Below, piece after piece: positions 14,954 through 23,541 of a stretch of DNA of 25,530 nucleotides. The notes beneath the pieces were generated by a model. The model saw only the letters and a list, made by a program, of their open reading frames with translations. It was not told where the DNA came from and ran no database searches. Each line of letters starts with the position of its first letter. Within the stretch, counting starts at the first letter, position 1. The DNA comes from a virus: the IMG/VR virus record IMGVR_UViG_2630968343_000001, positions 1-25,530 of that record. The stretch is one strand, 5' to 3'. Position numbers and translations under genes: made by a program.

Positions 14954-15937
14954 ATGACCCAAGATAATCAAACCATGTTAAACCAGCTTTCAGCAGCATT
15001 TAAGGATATAACTACAACTGATAAGTTAGGTGCAAGTATATTACAGCCTGGATATTTCAACAAGTATGTTCTTGCTGCAACTCGTGACAAAACCATACTT
15101 TCAGAGGCCCGGCTGGTTAAGATGACTGCTCAGGTTCAGAACATTGACCGAGTTGGTTTCAGTGGTAGGATACTTGAAAAGGCTGTGGAAAACCAGGAAG
15201 GAACTACTAAAACTCCTGAATTTGCACAAGAACAGCTTAAAGCTGAAGAATTCATTGCAACAGTTGGAATAACTGATAAATCGCTGCGAAGAAATGTTGA
15301 AGGTACTTCTTTCAACACTACCCTAGTATCTATGATGGGCCAGCAAGCAGGGGAGGATTGGGAAACCCTTGCAGTTGGTGGTGACAAAGATAAATATACT
15401 ACTGGTAGTTTACTGAAAAGCCAGGATGGTTGGATTAAAAAATCAACCAACAAAATTTACGGAACCGGAACTGGTAAAGCTTTTGATAAAGCTGGAACCG
15501 TTAAAGACATGATGAAAGCCATGTTAAAAAACTATCCTAGGAATTACTTGAAAAATAGATCATTCCTACGATTTTACTTGAACAGCGATCAGTTTGACAC
15601 CTACATTGATGAAGTTGGTGAAAGACCTACTGTTGCTGGTGACGATGCGGTCAGTAACAACGTAGCAAGGCCATACAAAGGAATACCTGTGCGTGAAGCA
15701 TTTGTTCTGAATGATAGTGAAATATTAGACACTACTAATGGATATGGTAATGTTTCTATGTTACATGACATTAGAAACATCGCATTTGGTATATTCTACA
15801 ATGTTACTATTGAACCAGATAGGATCCCTAAACTACGTAGAACTGATTATGTGCTAACTCAGGAAACTGACCAGGGATATGAAAACCCGGGTGTGAATGT
15901 GATTGCACTCGCAGATCAGACTAAACCTGCTGGATAA
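14954..15937 (+). CDS. Major capsid protein (HK97 fold)
   Basis: Follows the protease; 327 aa; GASILQP, ILSEARLVKM, NIAFGIFYNVTIEPDR; RBS GGAGG; oligo-T terminator downstream. Confidence 0.9.
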   Translation: MTQDNQTMLNQLSAAFKDITTTDKLGASILQPGYFNKYVLAATRDKTILSEARLVKMTAQVQNIDRVGFSGRILEKAVENQEGTTKTPEFAQEQLKAEEFIATVGITDKSLRRNVEGTSFNTTLVSMMGQQAGEDWETLAVGGDKDKYTTGSLLKSQDGWIKKSTNKIYGTGTGKAFDKAGTVKDMMKAMLKNYPRNYLKNRSFLRFYLNSDQFDTYIDEVGERPTVAGDDAVSNNVARPYKGIPVREAFVLNDSEILDTTNGYGNVSMLHDIRNIAFGIFYNVTIEPDRIPKLRRTDYVLTQETDQGYENPGVNVIALADQTKPAG

Positions 15938-15945
15938 GTGTCATT

Positions 15946-15980
15946 ATTACTTTTTGGCACTAATTCTTCTCTTTTTTTAC
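15946..15980 (+). terminator. Oligo-T terminator/attenuator after the capsid gene
   Basis: TACTTTTTGGCACTAATTCTTCTCTTTTTTTAC directly after the MCP stop. Confidence 0.5.
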
Positions 15981-15997
15981 TGGATAAGTGATTCATC

Positions 15998-16408
15998 ATG
16001 ACATACTGCACAGTTGATGAAATAATAGGCCTAACCGGGGTTTCTCCAAAAAAGCTAAAACTGGATGCAGACGACAATGACGGCCTTAAAAATTTATTAG
16101 AGAAATGGATCTCACAAGCTGAAAGTTTAATTGACAGTCACTGTCACACAACTTGGACAGGAACTGATATTCCCGGGGCTGTGAGTAATGTTTGTCTCCG
16201 TTTAGTGGCCAATATGGTCGCCCTGGCCGTGGCCAGACGAGAAACCGCCCTGGTAAAAGTCAATGACTGGACTATCAAAATCAGCGATGATAATGTATTC
16301 AACGAGGCACTTAAAGCAGATTTAAAACCTTTTGTTATTGACAAATCCACAAAATCAGATCGCGTTGAATTTACAGCAGTGACAGGAGCTGACCTGTACG
16401 ATGCCTAG
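15998..16408 (+). CDS. Head-tail adaptor (connector) protein
   Basis: Begins MTYCTVDEI; helical pattern WISQAESLIDSHC and IPGAVSNVCLRLVA typical of gp6/gp15-like adaptors; follows MCP. Confidence 0.75.
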   Translation: MTYCTVDEIIGLTGVSPKKLKLDADDNDGLKNLLEKWISQAESLIDSHCHTTWTGTDIPGAVSNVCLRLVANMVALAVARRETALVKVNDWTIKISDDNVFNEALKADLKPFVIDKSTKSDRVEFTAVTGADLYDA

Positions 16409-16841
16409 CATTGGAGTGACAGTAAGACTTGATAAAAGTCCTAAACAACTAATTCAAAAAGCTGTCAAGCGAACTGTTGATTTATCTGTTATGGAATTAC
16501 GTGGAAACCTTCAAAGGAACAGTCCAGTTGACCATGGGAAGATGCAAGGCAGCTGGTTAATAGCAGGCCAATTCGCTGGAGAATTAAATCAGAAGATCAT
16601 TAGCAGTGCATTATACACGAAATTCGTAAATGATGGTACAGGATTGTATGGGCCACGTGGCCAGTTAATCCGCCCGAAAACTGCTAGAAAGTTAGCCTTT
16701 GTTTATAAAGGTAAAAAGATTGCAGTGCCTTATGTCCGTGGTATCAAACCCCGTAAATTCGTTGAAAAGAGTATAAGGGAAACAGAACGGCGAGTACCTG
16801 AGTTCACAATAAGAGCTGTCATGGAAACATCTGGAGGATAA
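16401..16841 (+). CDS. Neck/tail-completion protein (HK97 gp10-like)
   Basis: SPVDHGKMQGSW, YTKFVNDGTG, VRGIKPRKFVEKS match the PVDTG.Lr.S...YA.yVe.GT...G.kp..F pattern. Confidence 0.8.
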   Translation: MPSIGVTVRLDKSPKQLIQKAVKRTVDLSVMELRGNLQRNSPVDHGKMQGSWLIAGQFAGELNQKIISSALYTKFVNDGTGLYGPRGQLIRPKTARKLAFVYKGKKIAVPYVRGIKPRKFVEKSIRETERRVPEFTIRAVMETSGG

Positions 16842-16845
16842 TGAC

Positions 16846-17352
16846 ATGGCACAGGGAATAGTAAAAGGACTGGACACTGTTTCAAGAACGGTGCCTAACT
16901 ACGTAAAACATGAAGTAAAGCCTGGTGGAATACTAGAAGATGTTAAAAATGTGATCATAGGACCTAAATCTGATGTTGGTGTTGACACTCCTGTTGTTTG
17001 GATTGTTGAACATCCCACAATACCACAACCTGGTTCAAAAGCTAACTTAAGCAGAACAAACTATCTGCAAACACCTTTTGAGTTTGTTTGTGTTGAATAT
17101 GATAAGGATCCAGAAATAGCAACAGAGAAAGCAAAAAACCTTGCAACTCGTGTGGCTGCAAGTATCATAACTCATTTTAATGTTTTAAAGGAAAATCCCG
17201 GCGACCCTGACCGCATCTTTCAATTCGTGAACTTCAATGAACTAATTCCCGATGGAGAGGTGAAGGTAGAAGGGAGTAATGAGTCTGTTCCAGTTGCAGC
17301 AATCATTTTAGACTTTATTTATCCTATCAGCTGGCTGGAATGCAAAAAATAG
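16846..17352 (+). CDS. Putative tail terminator protein
   Basis: Between neck and tube genes; 168 aa alpha/beta pattern; acidic. Confidence 0.55.
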   Translation: MAQGIVKGLDTVSRTVPNYVKHEVKPGGILEDVKNVIIGPKSDVGVDTPVVWIVEHPTIPQPGSKANLSRTNYLQTPFEFVCVEYDKDPEIATEKAKNLATRVAASIITHFNVLKENPGDPDRIFQFVNFNELIPDGEVKVEGSNESVPVAAIILDFIYPISWLECKK

Positions 17353-17364
17353 GAGGCAAAGATC

Positions 17365-18657
17365 ATGGCAAATCGAGTCTTAGGACTAAAATTAGAAGAA
17401 AATTATGGTGTAGAATCAGCATCCAACCCTGATTTCCATGTTGAAGTATCTAAATCAAAAGCATCATTGAAAACCGAACCCCTGACATATAAGGGAGGGG
17501 GCAGGTCAATAAAAAAAGCCAAAGCTGGAGCACTGAAGCCAGAAGCAAGTTTTGACCTGAAAACTGAACTTAAAACAATAGGTTACTTTTTAATGGCCTT
17601 TCTTGGGAACTATAAATTCACAAGTGGAGGTAGTGGTCCAAATATTCATGAATTTTGGGGAGAAGATAACTCAGAACTACCCTCATTCACAGGGTGGGCT
17701 ACTTTCGATTATTTCATGAAACAACTATTCGGTATGGTATGTGACACGCTGAAACTTGATGTTTCAGATGAATTTCTGGATGGGAGCTGTGAATGGAAGT
17801 ATAAAACTGAGAAAAAAATATCAGAAGTACCCAGTCCAGCTAATCAGAAACTGATACCAGATTCCATACTGATTGCATTTTATGATATAGCTTTAGAGCT
17901 AGATAATGCTGCTCCTCCAGGGGTTGTGTCTAAATTCAGTTTTGACGGAAAAAATAACCTCAACACAGATAAAACCATTGGAATAGGTAGTAGAGCTCCT
18001 CAGAAAAAGCCTAACGCACAGCAAAGGGAAATTAAAATAACTTTAGAATCTACTTTAGTACCCGAAACAGTGGCGATCATCGAAAAAGCAGAATATGGTG
18101 CATCTGGTGATAGTCCTTCAGAATGTAAACTTTACAAACTTCCTATGAAATTAACCATTGATTTCTGCGAAGATTCAACTGACAAGCTAACAATCTTTTT
18201 CCCTGAGTGCTTAGTGTCAGTGGAATATGAAGCTAGTGATGCTGATGAGATGGATGCTAAATTTGAGTTACAAGCAATATCTACTAAAAAAATCACCTTG
18301 GCCGATGATACACAGATTCTCACTGACATATATGCTAAACTGGAAAATGATCAGCCAGAGATTAAAGGTGGTGTGGCTGGAACTAGTACTGTTAGTTTCA
18401 CAGTTAAGGATAATGCCAGCACCCCTGCAGCTGTTGTGGGAGCTACTTTAAAGTTAACTAACAGGCAAACGGGCGCGACTTTATCAGCAGTAGCTGCAAC
18501 GAATGCTCAGGGCCAATGTGTGGTTAATAATGTACCATATGGTCGTTATGACGTTGAATTGAAAAACAATTCATCCGTAGTAGTTAGCACAAACCCCTCA
18601 ATTGTTTCTGTAAATGAAAACACAGAATCATTGAATTTAACTGCTAACACTAACTAA
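17365..18657 (+). CDS. Tail tube (major tail) protein with a C-terminal Ig-like/carboxypeptidase-regulatory-like domain
   Basis: LGLKLEENYG start, ELPSFT, FSFDGKNNL, REIKITLE; C-terminal VSFTVKD...VVGATLKL...TNAQGQ...NVPYGRYDVE; oligo-T after stop. Confidence 0.8.
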   Translation: MANRVLGLKLEENYGVESASNPDFHVEVSKSKASLKTEPLTYKGGGRSIKKAKAGALKPEASFDLKTELKTIGYFLMAFLGNYKFTSGGSGPNIHEFWGEDNSELPSFTGWATFDYFMKQLFGMVCDTLKLDVSDEFLDGSCEWKYKTEKKISEVPSPANQKLIPDSILIAFYDIALELDNAAPPGVVSKFSFDGKNNLNTDKTIGIGSRAPQKKPNAQQREIKITLESTLVPETVAIIEKAEYGASGDSPSECKLYKLPMKLTIDFCEDSTDKLTIFFPECLVSVEYEASDADEMDAKFELQAISTKKITLADDTQILTDIYAKLENDQPEIKGGVAGTSTVSFTVKDNASTPAAVVGATLKLTNRQTGATLSAVAATNAQGQCVVNNVPYGRYDVELKNNSSVVVSTNPSIVSVNENTESLNLTANTN

Positions 18658-18710
18658 ATAAACCTTTTTTTTACATTTTCACGGAATTTTAAGAAACTTG
18701 AGATGATATT

Positions 18711-19172
18711 ATGGTTCTACGAAAAGAAGACATACTGAAAGGAATAGAAGACCCTGAATTGGTTAAAATAAAAAGTTTGGGTGGTGAATTGCCATTAAGG
18801 CCACTCAGCAAGGCTGAATGGAATAAAATAGAACAGATTGAAGCTAAAGCCTATGGGACTTTTGAAGCAAATGAAACTGCTAAAAGAGGTAAACGCAAGT
18901 TGAAAAATGGAATGATGGAAACTAAAGGTAAAATTGACCTTGAAAAGCAGAACAAAGCTGAATTCAAAGGTAAAACCCAGGCCCTATATCTATCTATGAA
19001 CAACAGCCATGTTGAATGTGATAAATGGACTGAACTGGATATTCAAAAATTACCCGTTGCAGCTTTTGATGAAATTTTCGAGAAAGTAAAGGAACTGTCA
19101 GGAATACCAACCGATGAAGATGAAGGAGAAGATGAGAAAAAAGAACTGGACAACTTTCCTGAACAGTCCTGA
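18711..19172 (+). CDS. Tail assembly chaperone (lambda gpG analogue)
   Basis: Between tube and tape measure; acidic C-terminus ending ELDNFPEQS. Confidence 0.75.
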   Translation: MVLRKEDILKGIEDPELVKIKSLGGELPLRPLSKAEWNKIEQIEAKAYGTFEANETAKRGKRKLKNGMMETKGKIDLEKQNKAEFKGKTQALYLSMNNSHVECDKWTELDIQKLPVAAFDEIFEKVKELSGIPTDEDEGEDEKKELDNFPEQS

Positions 19173-19308
19173 AGGACGTGAATTAATCTGGCTTGACTAT
19201 TGTGGGTATCATCTCTGTAAAAGACAGGTTGATATGACAATACGTCAAGTATACGTCATATCCAAGGGTCGTTTGGACCTTCATAACGAAATGAACAAAG
19301 TAAAATAA
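19156..19308 (+). CDS. Frameshift extension of the tail chaperone (gpGT analogue), in the +1 frame
   Basis: Open +1 frame FLNSPEGRELIWLDYCGYHLCKRQVDMTIRQVYVISKG overlaps the chaperone 3' end and has no convincing RBS of its own. Confidence 0.6.
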   Translation, partial: FLNSPEGRELIWLDYCGYHLCKRQVDMTIRQVYVISKGRLDLHNEMNKVK

Positions 19309-19326
19309 AAAAATGGGTGTGATTGA

Positions 19327-22300
19327 ATGGCTGCTTTGATGGAAATCATAATCCGTGGAATTGATAAGGCCAGTGAAGTTGCTGAGAAAGTAGAAAGCAA
19401 AATGACTGGCATGGGAAACAAGATCTCCAATGCCATGGAAAAAGCAGCCATATCCGGAGACAGATTCACTCAGAAAGTGGACAATATGGCCACTAATGGT
19501 ATGTCTGCATATGCCCAAATGGACTTAAAACAGCAGCAATATCTCCAGGGCCTGAGTAAAGGACAGGCTTTACTTGACAGGATGGGAATATCGGGAAGTA
19601 AAGCAGGTCGAGTCATTGCTGCTGGTATTGACTTTGCAGATAACAGCATAAACCGTGTTAAATCAAGTGTGGATACTCTTAAAACTAAGATTCAAAGCAC
19701 AACCGTCGGAAATGCTCTGATAACGGGATTTAACACTGTTTCAAACAAAGTCACTGAGGTAGGAAATAAGATAAAAACATCTCTCGGCAAAGGATTAGAT
19801 ACTGTAAAAACCAAGGTCGAAAACCTGCAAAACAGCATGGGCGAACTGGGAATGTACGTCACCAGTGCCTTTGGTGCCCTGGGAATGGGAAGCATTTACC
19901 AGGCAACTGTTGGCCTGGCCATGATCAGAGAAAGAATGACCACTCTCATGTCTGCAACCATGGGCAACAAAGCAGCTGCAACCGACTTTGTTAACAGCCT
20001 GGACCAGATGACTAATAACAGTCTCGTCAGTCTTAATGACTTGGGAATGGCCATGTCAAAGATTAAGATGAGTACCGGGATGACTAATGAACAGTTGAAA
20101 CAGATAAGTCCCACCGTGAATGATATAGGTCAACGTGCTCTTCTGATGGGTAAGGATACTACTGAAGCTCAAGATTTAATGGTTGCCGGTTTCAGGGGTT
20201 TGAACGGCGAATTTGACATGTTGAAAGCCAACTTCGGCATAACTCGTGAAAACCTTATCAAAGCAGGATGGAGTGGGGCTGCAGCTGACGTGGAAGGATA
20301 TAATAAAGCCCTCCAAAAATGTCTGGAACAGGGCGGATCCATGTCAGAGATGATGAAAACTACAGAGGGCCAGATCCAGATCGTGAAGAAAGGTTTCAGT
20401 ACTGCTGGAAGGCAAATTGGTGAGGCATTCATACCAATTATTGTTGCTCTAGTAAATTTCATGGTGGCATTAAAACAAACCAACCCTGAAGTTTTCAAAT
20501 TAATGATAGTAGGTTCTGCTCTTGTATCTGGTTTTGCAATGTTACTACCTGTCATGGGTGCTATAATTGGTTCTTTTGAAGGATTATATACATTTCTTTT
20601 AGTAGATCGGACGGCTACTGATAAACTTACTCTGTCTCAAATTCGGCACACTGCCTCTCAAAAAGCTTCTGCTGCCTCAACATGGCTTCAAAATTCTGCA
20701 AAATCTGTTTACACTGCAATAACTGGAGGCCAGACAGCAGCAACTAATGCATCAACAGCATCGAGTATCAGAGAAAGTGTTGCACAGAAAGCTTCTGCTG
20801 CTGCTACTTGGGTGGTTAACGCTGCCAAATCAACATATACTTTCTTAACAAGTGGTCAAGTAGTTGCAACAATTGCTTCCACAGCTGCCATGATAGCAAG
20901 TTCAGCAGCAAGTAAAGCCGCAGCTGCTGCACAATGGCTTCTTAACGCTGCCATGAGTGCAAACCCTGTAATGATAGTTGTGATTGCAATCATAGCACTC
21001 ATAGCAATACTAGCAATACTTTATAACAGGAACGAAACTGTCAGAAATGCCATCAACTGGTTATGGGCAGGTTTACAACAGTTAGGCAGTTATATTTATG
21101 GCGGTCTACTTGCAGCATGGAACGCATTAAGTGGGGCCTTAAACTGGATCTGGAATGGCCTTGTACAACTAGGAGGATATATTATGGGTGGCCTTATGGC
21201 TGCCTGGAATGGTCTAGTTTCTGCATTATCCCCCATCATCATTGCCCTGGGTCTCCTGTGGGCAGCTATTAGTAAAGTTTGGACTAGTTTTGCCAGTAGT
21301 ACAGCAGCTCAAGCGGGTGGATTTTTCGCGCAAATTGTTGGAGTTGTATCCCAGTTATGGAATGCTTTAGTTCTCCTTGGGTCTGCGATTGGTAAAGTTT
21401 TCGCAGCTTTCGCAAATAGTCAAGCCTCACAGGCAAACGGAATATTTAGCCAACTGGCCAGTACTGTGATGGCTTTATGGAATGCATTGTCATGGCTTGC
21501 CGGATTAATTATAAACGCACTGATGCCTTATTTACAAATCCTTTGGGAGTTTTTAAGTGGAGCTTTCATGGCGGTTTGGGTCACAATCAGCGGAATTGTC
21601 ATGGCATTTATAAATTACATTGCAACGCTGATCACCATCCTGGCAAACTTGATCAGTGGTAATATTACAGTTGGACAAGCTTTGCAGCAAGTTTGGGGCG
21701 CTATCAAGATGCTCTTAGCCCAAGTGTTTACGTCAATTCTGCTTGGTATCGGCCAATTTGCAATGAACTTGATCAGCTGGGGGGTTCAAGCAGCAAGTGG
21801 ATTACTAAATGCATTTATTGCATATGTTTCACAGCTCCCTGGACGAGCTTGGGCATATTTCTTAGCATTCCTGAGCTACCTTGCCAGCCTCCCGGGACAA
21901 GCATTCGGTTACGCTGCCAGTGTGGGTTCAAACATAATCAATGCCATAGCAGGGTATCTCACTAGTCTTCCAGGAAGGATGTATCAGTGGGGTGTGAATG
22001 CTCTTCAAAGTTTCATCAATGCCATCATCAACAGCATACCCGGTTTAAGACAGGCTTTAGATGCCGTGTCATCTTTGTTCCCACATTCACCACCAAAAAC
22101 AGGACCATTATCTGAGATAAAAGCTAGTAACATGTATGAATGGCTTAAAGGAGTGGTTGATAAGGGTAAAGATGCCATGAAAACTTTCAACCTGGATGAA
22201 TTAAACACAGATATTCCCTCAACTGATTTTGGTCCAGGTCCTGCAAATCTGAAGTTTGAAAAATCAGAGTCCGAAAGTGAAATCATTGAAGAAATCATTG

Positions 22301-22494
22301 ATTTGAATTTAAACATCAATTTAGAAGATGTTCCAGATAATGTTGACGAACAAACACTTTATGAAATAGTTAAAGCTGTGCTTAAGGACAGTGAAATAGT
22401 TAAAGCTCTTATGAAGAGTAGAACGTTCAGAGACCGACTTAGTGTTGAAATTGGAAAAGGAGTTATTGAAACCAAAAGAGCACGTGGAGGATAA
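19327..22494 (+). CDS. Tape measure protein (1055 aa)
   Basis: Starts MAALMEIIIRGIDKAS; long Ala/Gly-rich helical sequence with Trp-periodic repeats; ANPVMIVVIAIIALIA motif; follows the chaperones. Confidence 0.95.
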   Translation: MAALMEIIIRGIDKASEVAEKVESKMTGMGNKISNAMEKAAISGDRFTQKVDNMATNGMSAYAQMDLKQQQYLQGLSKGQALLDRMGISGSKAGRVIAAGIDFADNSINRVKSSVDTLKTKIQSTTVGNALITGFNTVSNKVTEVGNKIKTSLGKGLDTVKTKVENLQNSMGELGMYVTSAFGALGMGSIYQATVGLAMIRERMTTLMSATMGNKAAATDFVNSLDQMTNNSLVSLNDLGMAMSKIKMSTGMTNEQLKQISPTVNDIGQRALLMGKDTTEAQDLMVAGFRGLNGEFDMLKANFGITRENLIKAGWSGAAADVEGYNKALQKCLEQGGSMSEMMKTTEGQIQIVKKGFSTAGRQIGEAFIPIIVALVNFMVALKQTNPEVFKLMIVGSALVSGFAMLLPVMGAIIGSFEGLYTFLLVDRTATDKLTLSQIRHTASQKASAASTWLQNSAKSVYTAITGGQTAATNASTASSIRESVAQKASAAATWVVNAAKSTYTFLTSGQVVATIASTAAMIASSAASKAAAAAQWLLNAAMSANPVMIVVIAIIALIAILAILYNRNETVRNAINWLWAGLQQLGSYIYGGLLAAWNALSGALNWIWNGLVQLGGYIMGGLMAAWNGLVSALSPIIIALGLLWAAISKVWTSFASSTAAQAGGFFAQIVGVVSQLWNALVLLGSAIGKVFAAFANSQASQANGIFSQLASTVMALWNALSWLAGLIINALMPYLQILWEFLSGAFMAVWVTISGIVMAFINYIATLITILANLISGNITVGQALQQVWGAIKMLLAQVFTSILLGIGQFAMNLISWGVQAASGLLNAFIAYVSQLPGRAWAYFLAFLSYLASLPGQAFGYAASVGSNIINAIAGYLTSLPGRMYQWGVNALQSFINAIINSIPGLRQALDAVSSLFPHSPPKTGPLSEIKASNMYEWLKGVVDKGKDAMKTFNLDELNTDIPSTDFGPGPANLKFEKSESESEIIEEIIDLNLNINLEDVPDNVDEQTLYEIVKAVLKDSEIVKALMKSRTFRDRLSVEIGKGVIETKRARGG

Positions 22495-22499
22495 TCTCT

Positions 22500-22685
22500 A
22501 TGAGTGGACAAATTGAAAGAAATCCGATAAAATGGCATGTTAAAGGCAACATTGCCCCACAAGAAGTGAGCAACCCTACAAATGAAGGAGTTTTCACGAA
22601 AAATAATTGTACTTTAATTGTTGAATCAGCAGTTGTTATTGACGGGAATCTAATTAAACCTATTAAAAGCACACCAAATTTTTAG
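22500..22685 (+). CDS. Small hypothetical protein (61 aa), possibly tail-associated
   Basis: RBS GGAGG, 5 nt after the TMP stop. Confidence 0.55.
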   Translation: MSGQIERNPIKWHVKGNIAPQEVSNPTNEGVFTKNNCTLIVESAVVIDGNLIKPIKSTPNF

Positions 22686-22697
22686 GAGGATGATTTA

Positions 22698-22997
22698 ATG
22701 GCAGCAGGGGATTTTATAACAGTAGATGGAACTATAGCCAACAATGCAACGATAGATATAAAACCATCAGCAGACCTTGAAGTTTGGAACCTTAAAGAGC
22801 TCATGGTCAGTGGAGCTTTCATATTATATGCCAACACAAACGGGACACAGATTGAAAAGAAATCATATCCTCAAGGGGAACATTTGAATTTAACTAAATC
22901 AGGAGGTTATCAGGTCCACAAAACATCTTTTTATCAGTTTAAAAATATTTCCGGCGGATCACTAAATTATTCATTTAAATATGGGGTGCTTAAATGA
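22698..22997 (+). CDS. Hypothetical beta-rich protein (99 aa), possibly tail-associated
   Basis: RBS AGGAGG; ATGA overlap with next ORF; alternating beta-strand pattern. Confidence 0.7.
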   Translation: MAAGDFITVDGTIANNATIDIKPSADLEVWNLKELMVSGAFILYANTNGTQIEKKSYPQGEHLNLTKSGGYQVHKTSFYQFKNISGGSLNYSFKYGVLK

Positions 22998-23524
22998 GTG
23001 ATGAGGTAATTTCAAAAGATGAAAAACCTGCAGGATGGGAAGGAAAAGAAAAAATCTTTGATAAGAAATTAACAAGCCAAAACAGCATTACAATCAGCCC
23101 CTTGAATGGAAACAGAGATGAAATCTATAAACTAAGAATTATGGGGGCTGCAGCATTGACTGCAACGCCTACAATAGAAAGTAATTTGTCAAATAATTGG
23201 CAAGGGGATGGTTACTACTTCAAAGATGATGCAGGATACTTTATTGTTGATGGAGATTTATCTGGAAAACCGAAACTCGGTGAAGGATTTACCGGTGGGA
23301 GTGCAGTTAACCAGTTAAACATTAAAGCAGAATTTGTTCTCATGAAAAACATAGAAAGGAGTTTCCGATCTGATTGTTCTTTCAGAACACCATCATACAA
23401 GGGAAGGTCAACTCTAAGTGCTCATCACACTGGAGACTACACAACTAGTTTAAACTATATAACAATCAATTTTGGCGGTCCTTTCACTGGAAGAGTAATA
23501 CTTCAAAGAGTTTCACTTGATTAA
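22994..23524 (+). CDS. Hypothetical beta-rich protein (176 aa), possibly a tail fibre/receptor-binding module
   Basis: Coupled to previous ORF; RBS GGGGTG; SITISPLNGNRDEIYKLRI and Gly/aromatic-rich beta strands. Confidence 0.65.
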   Translation: MSDEVISKDEKPAGWEGKEKIFDKKLTSQNSITISPLNGNRDEIYKLRIMGAAALTATPTIESNLSNNWQGDGYYFKDDAGYFIVDGDLSGKPKLGEGFTGGSAVNQLNIKAEFVLMKNIERSFRSDCSFRTPSYKGRSTLSAHHTGDYTTSLNYITINFGGPFTGRVILQRVSLD

Positions 23525-23541
23525 AAACGTAAGGTGGCATA

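Noticed and set aside
19133-19146. Classical -1 slippery site (GAG AAA AAA GAA) in the tail chaperone
   Set aside because: The A-run is not phased as X XXY YYZ in the zero frame, and the -1 frame reaches a stop within a few codons; the extension is in the +1 frame
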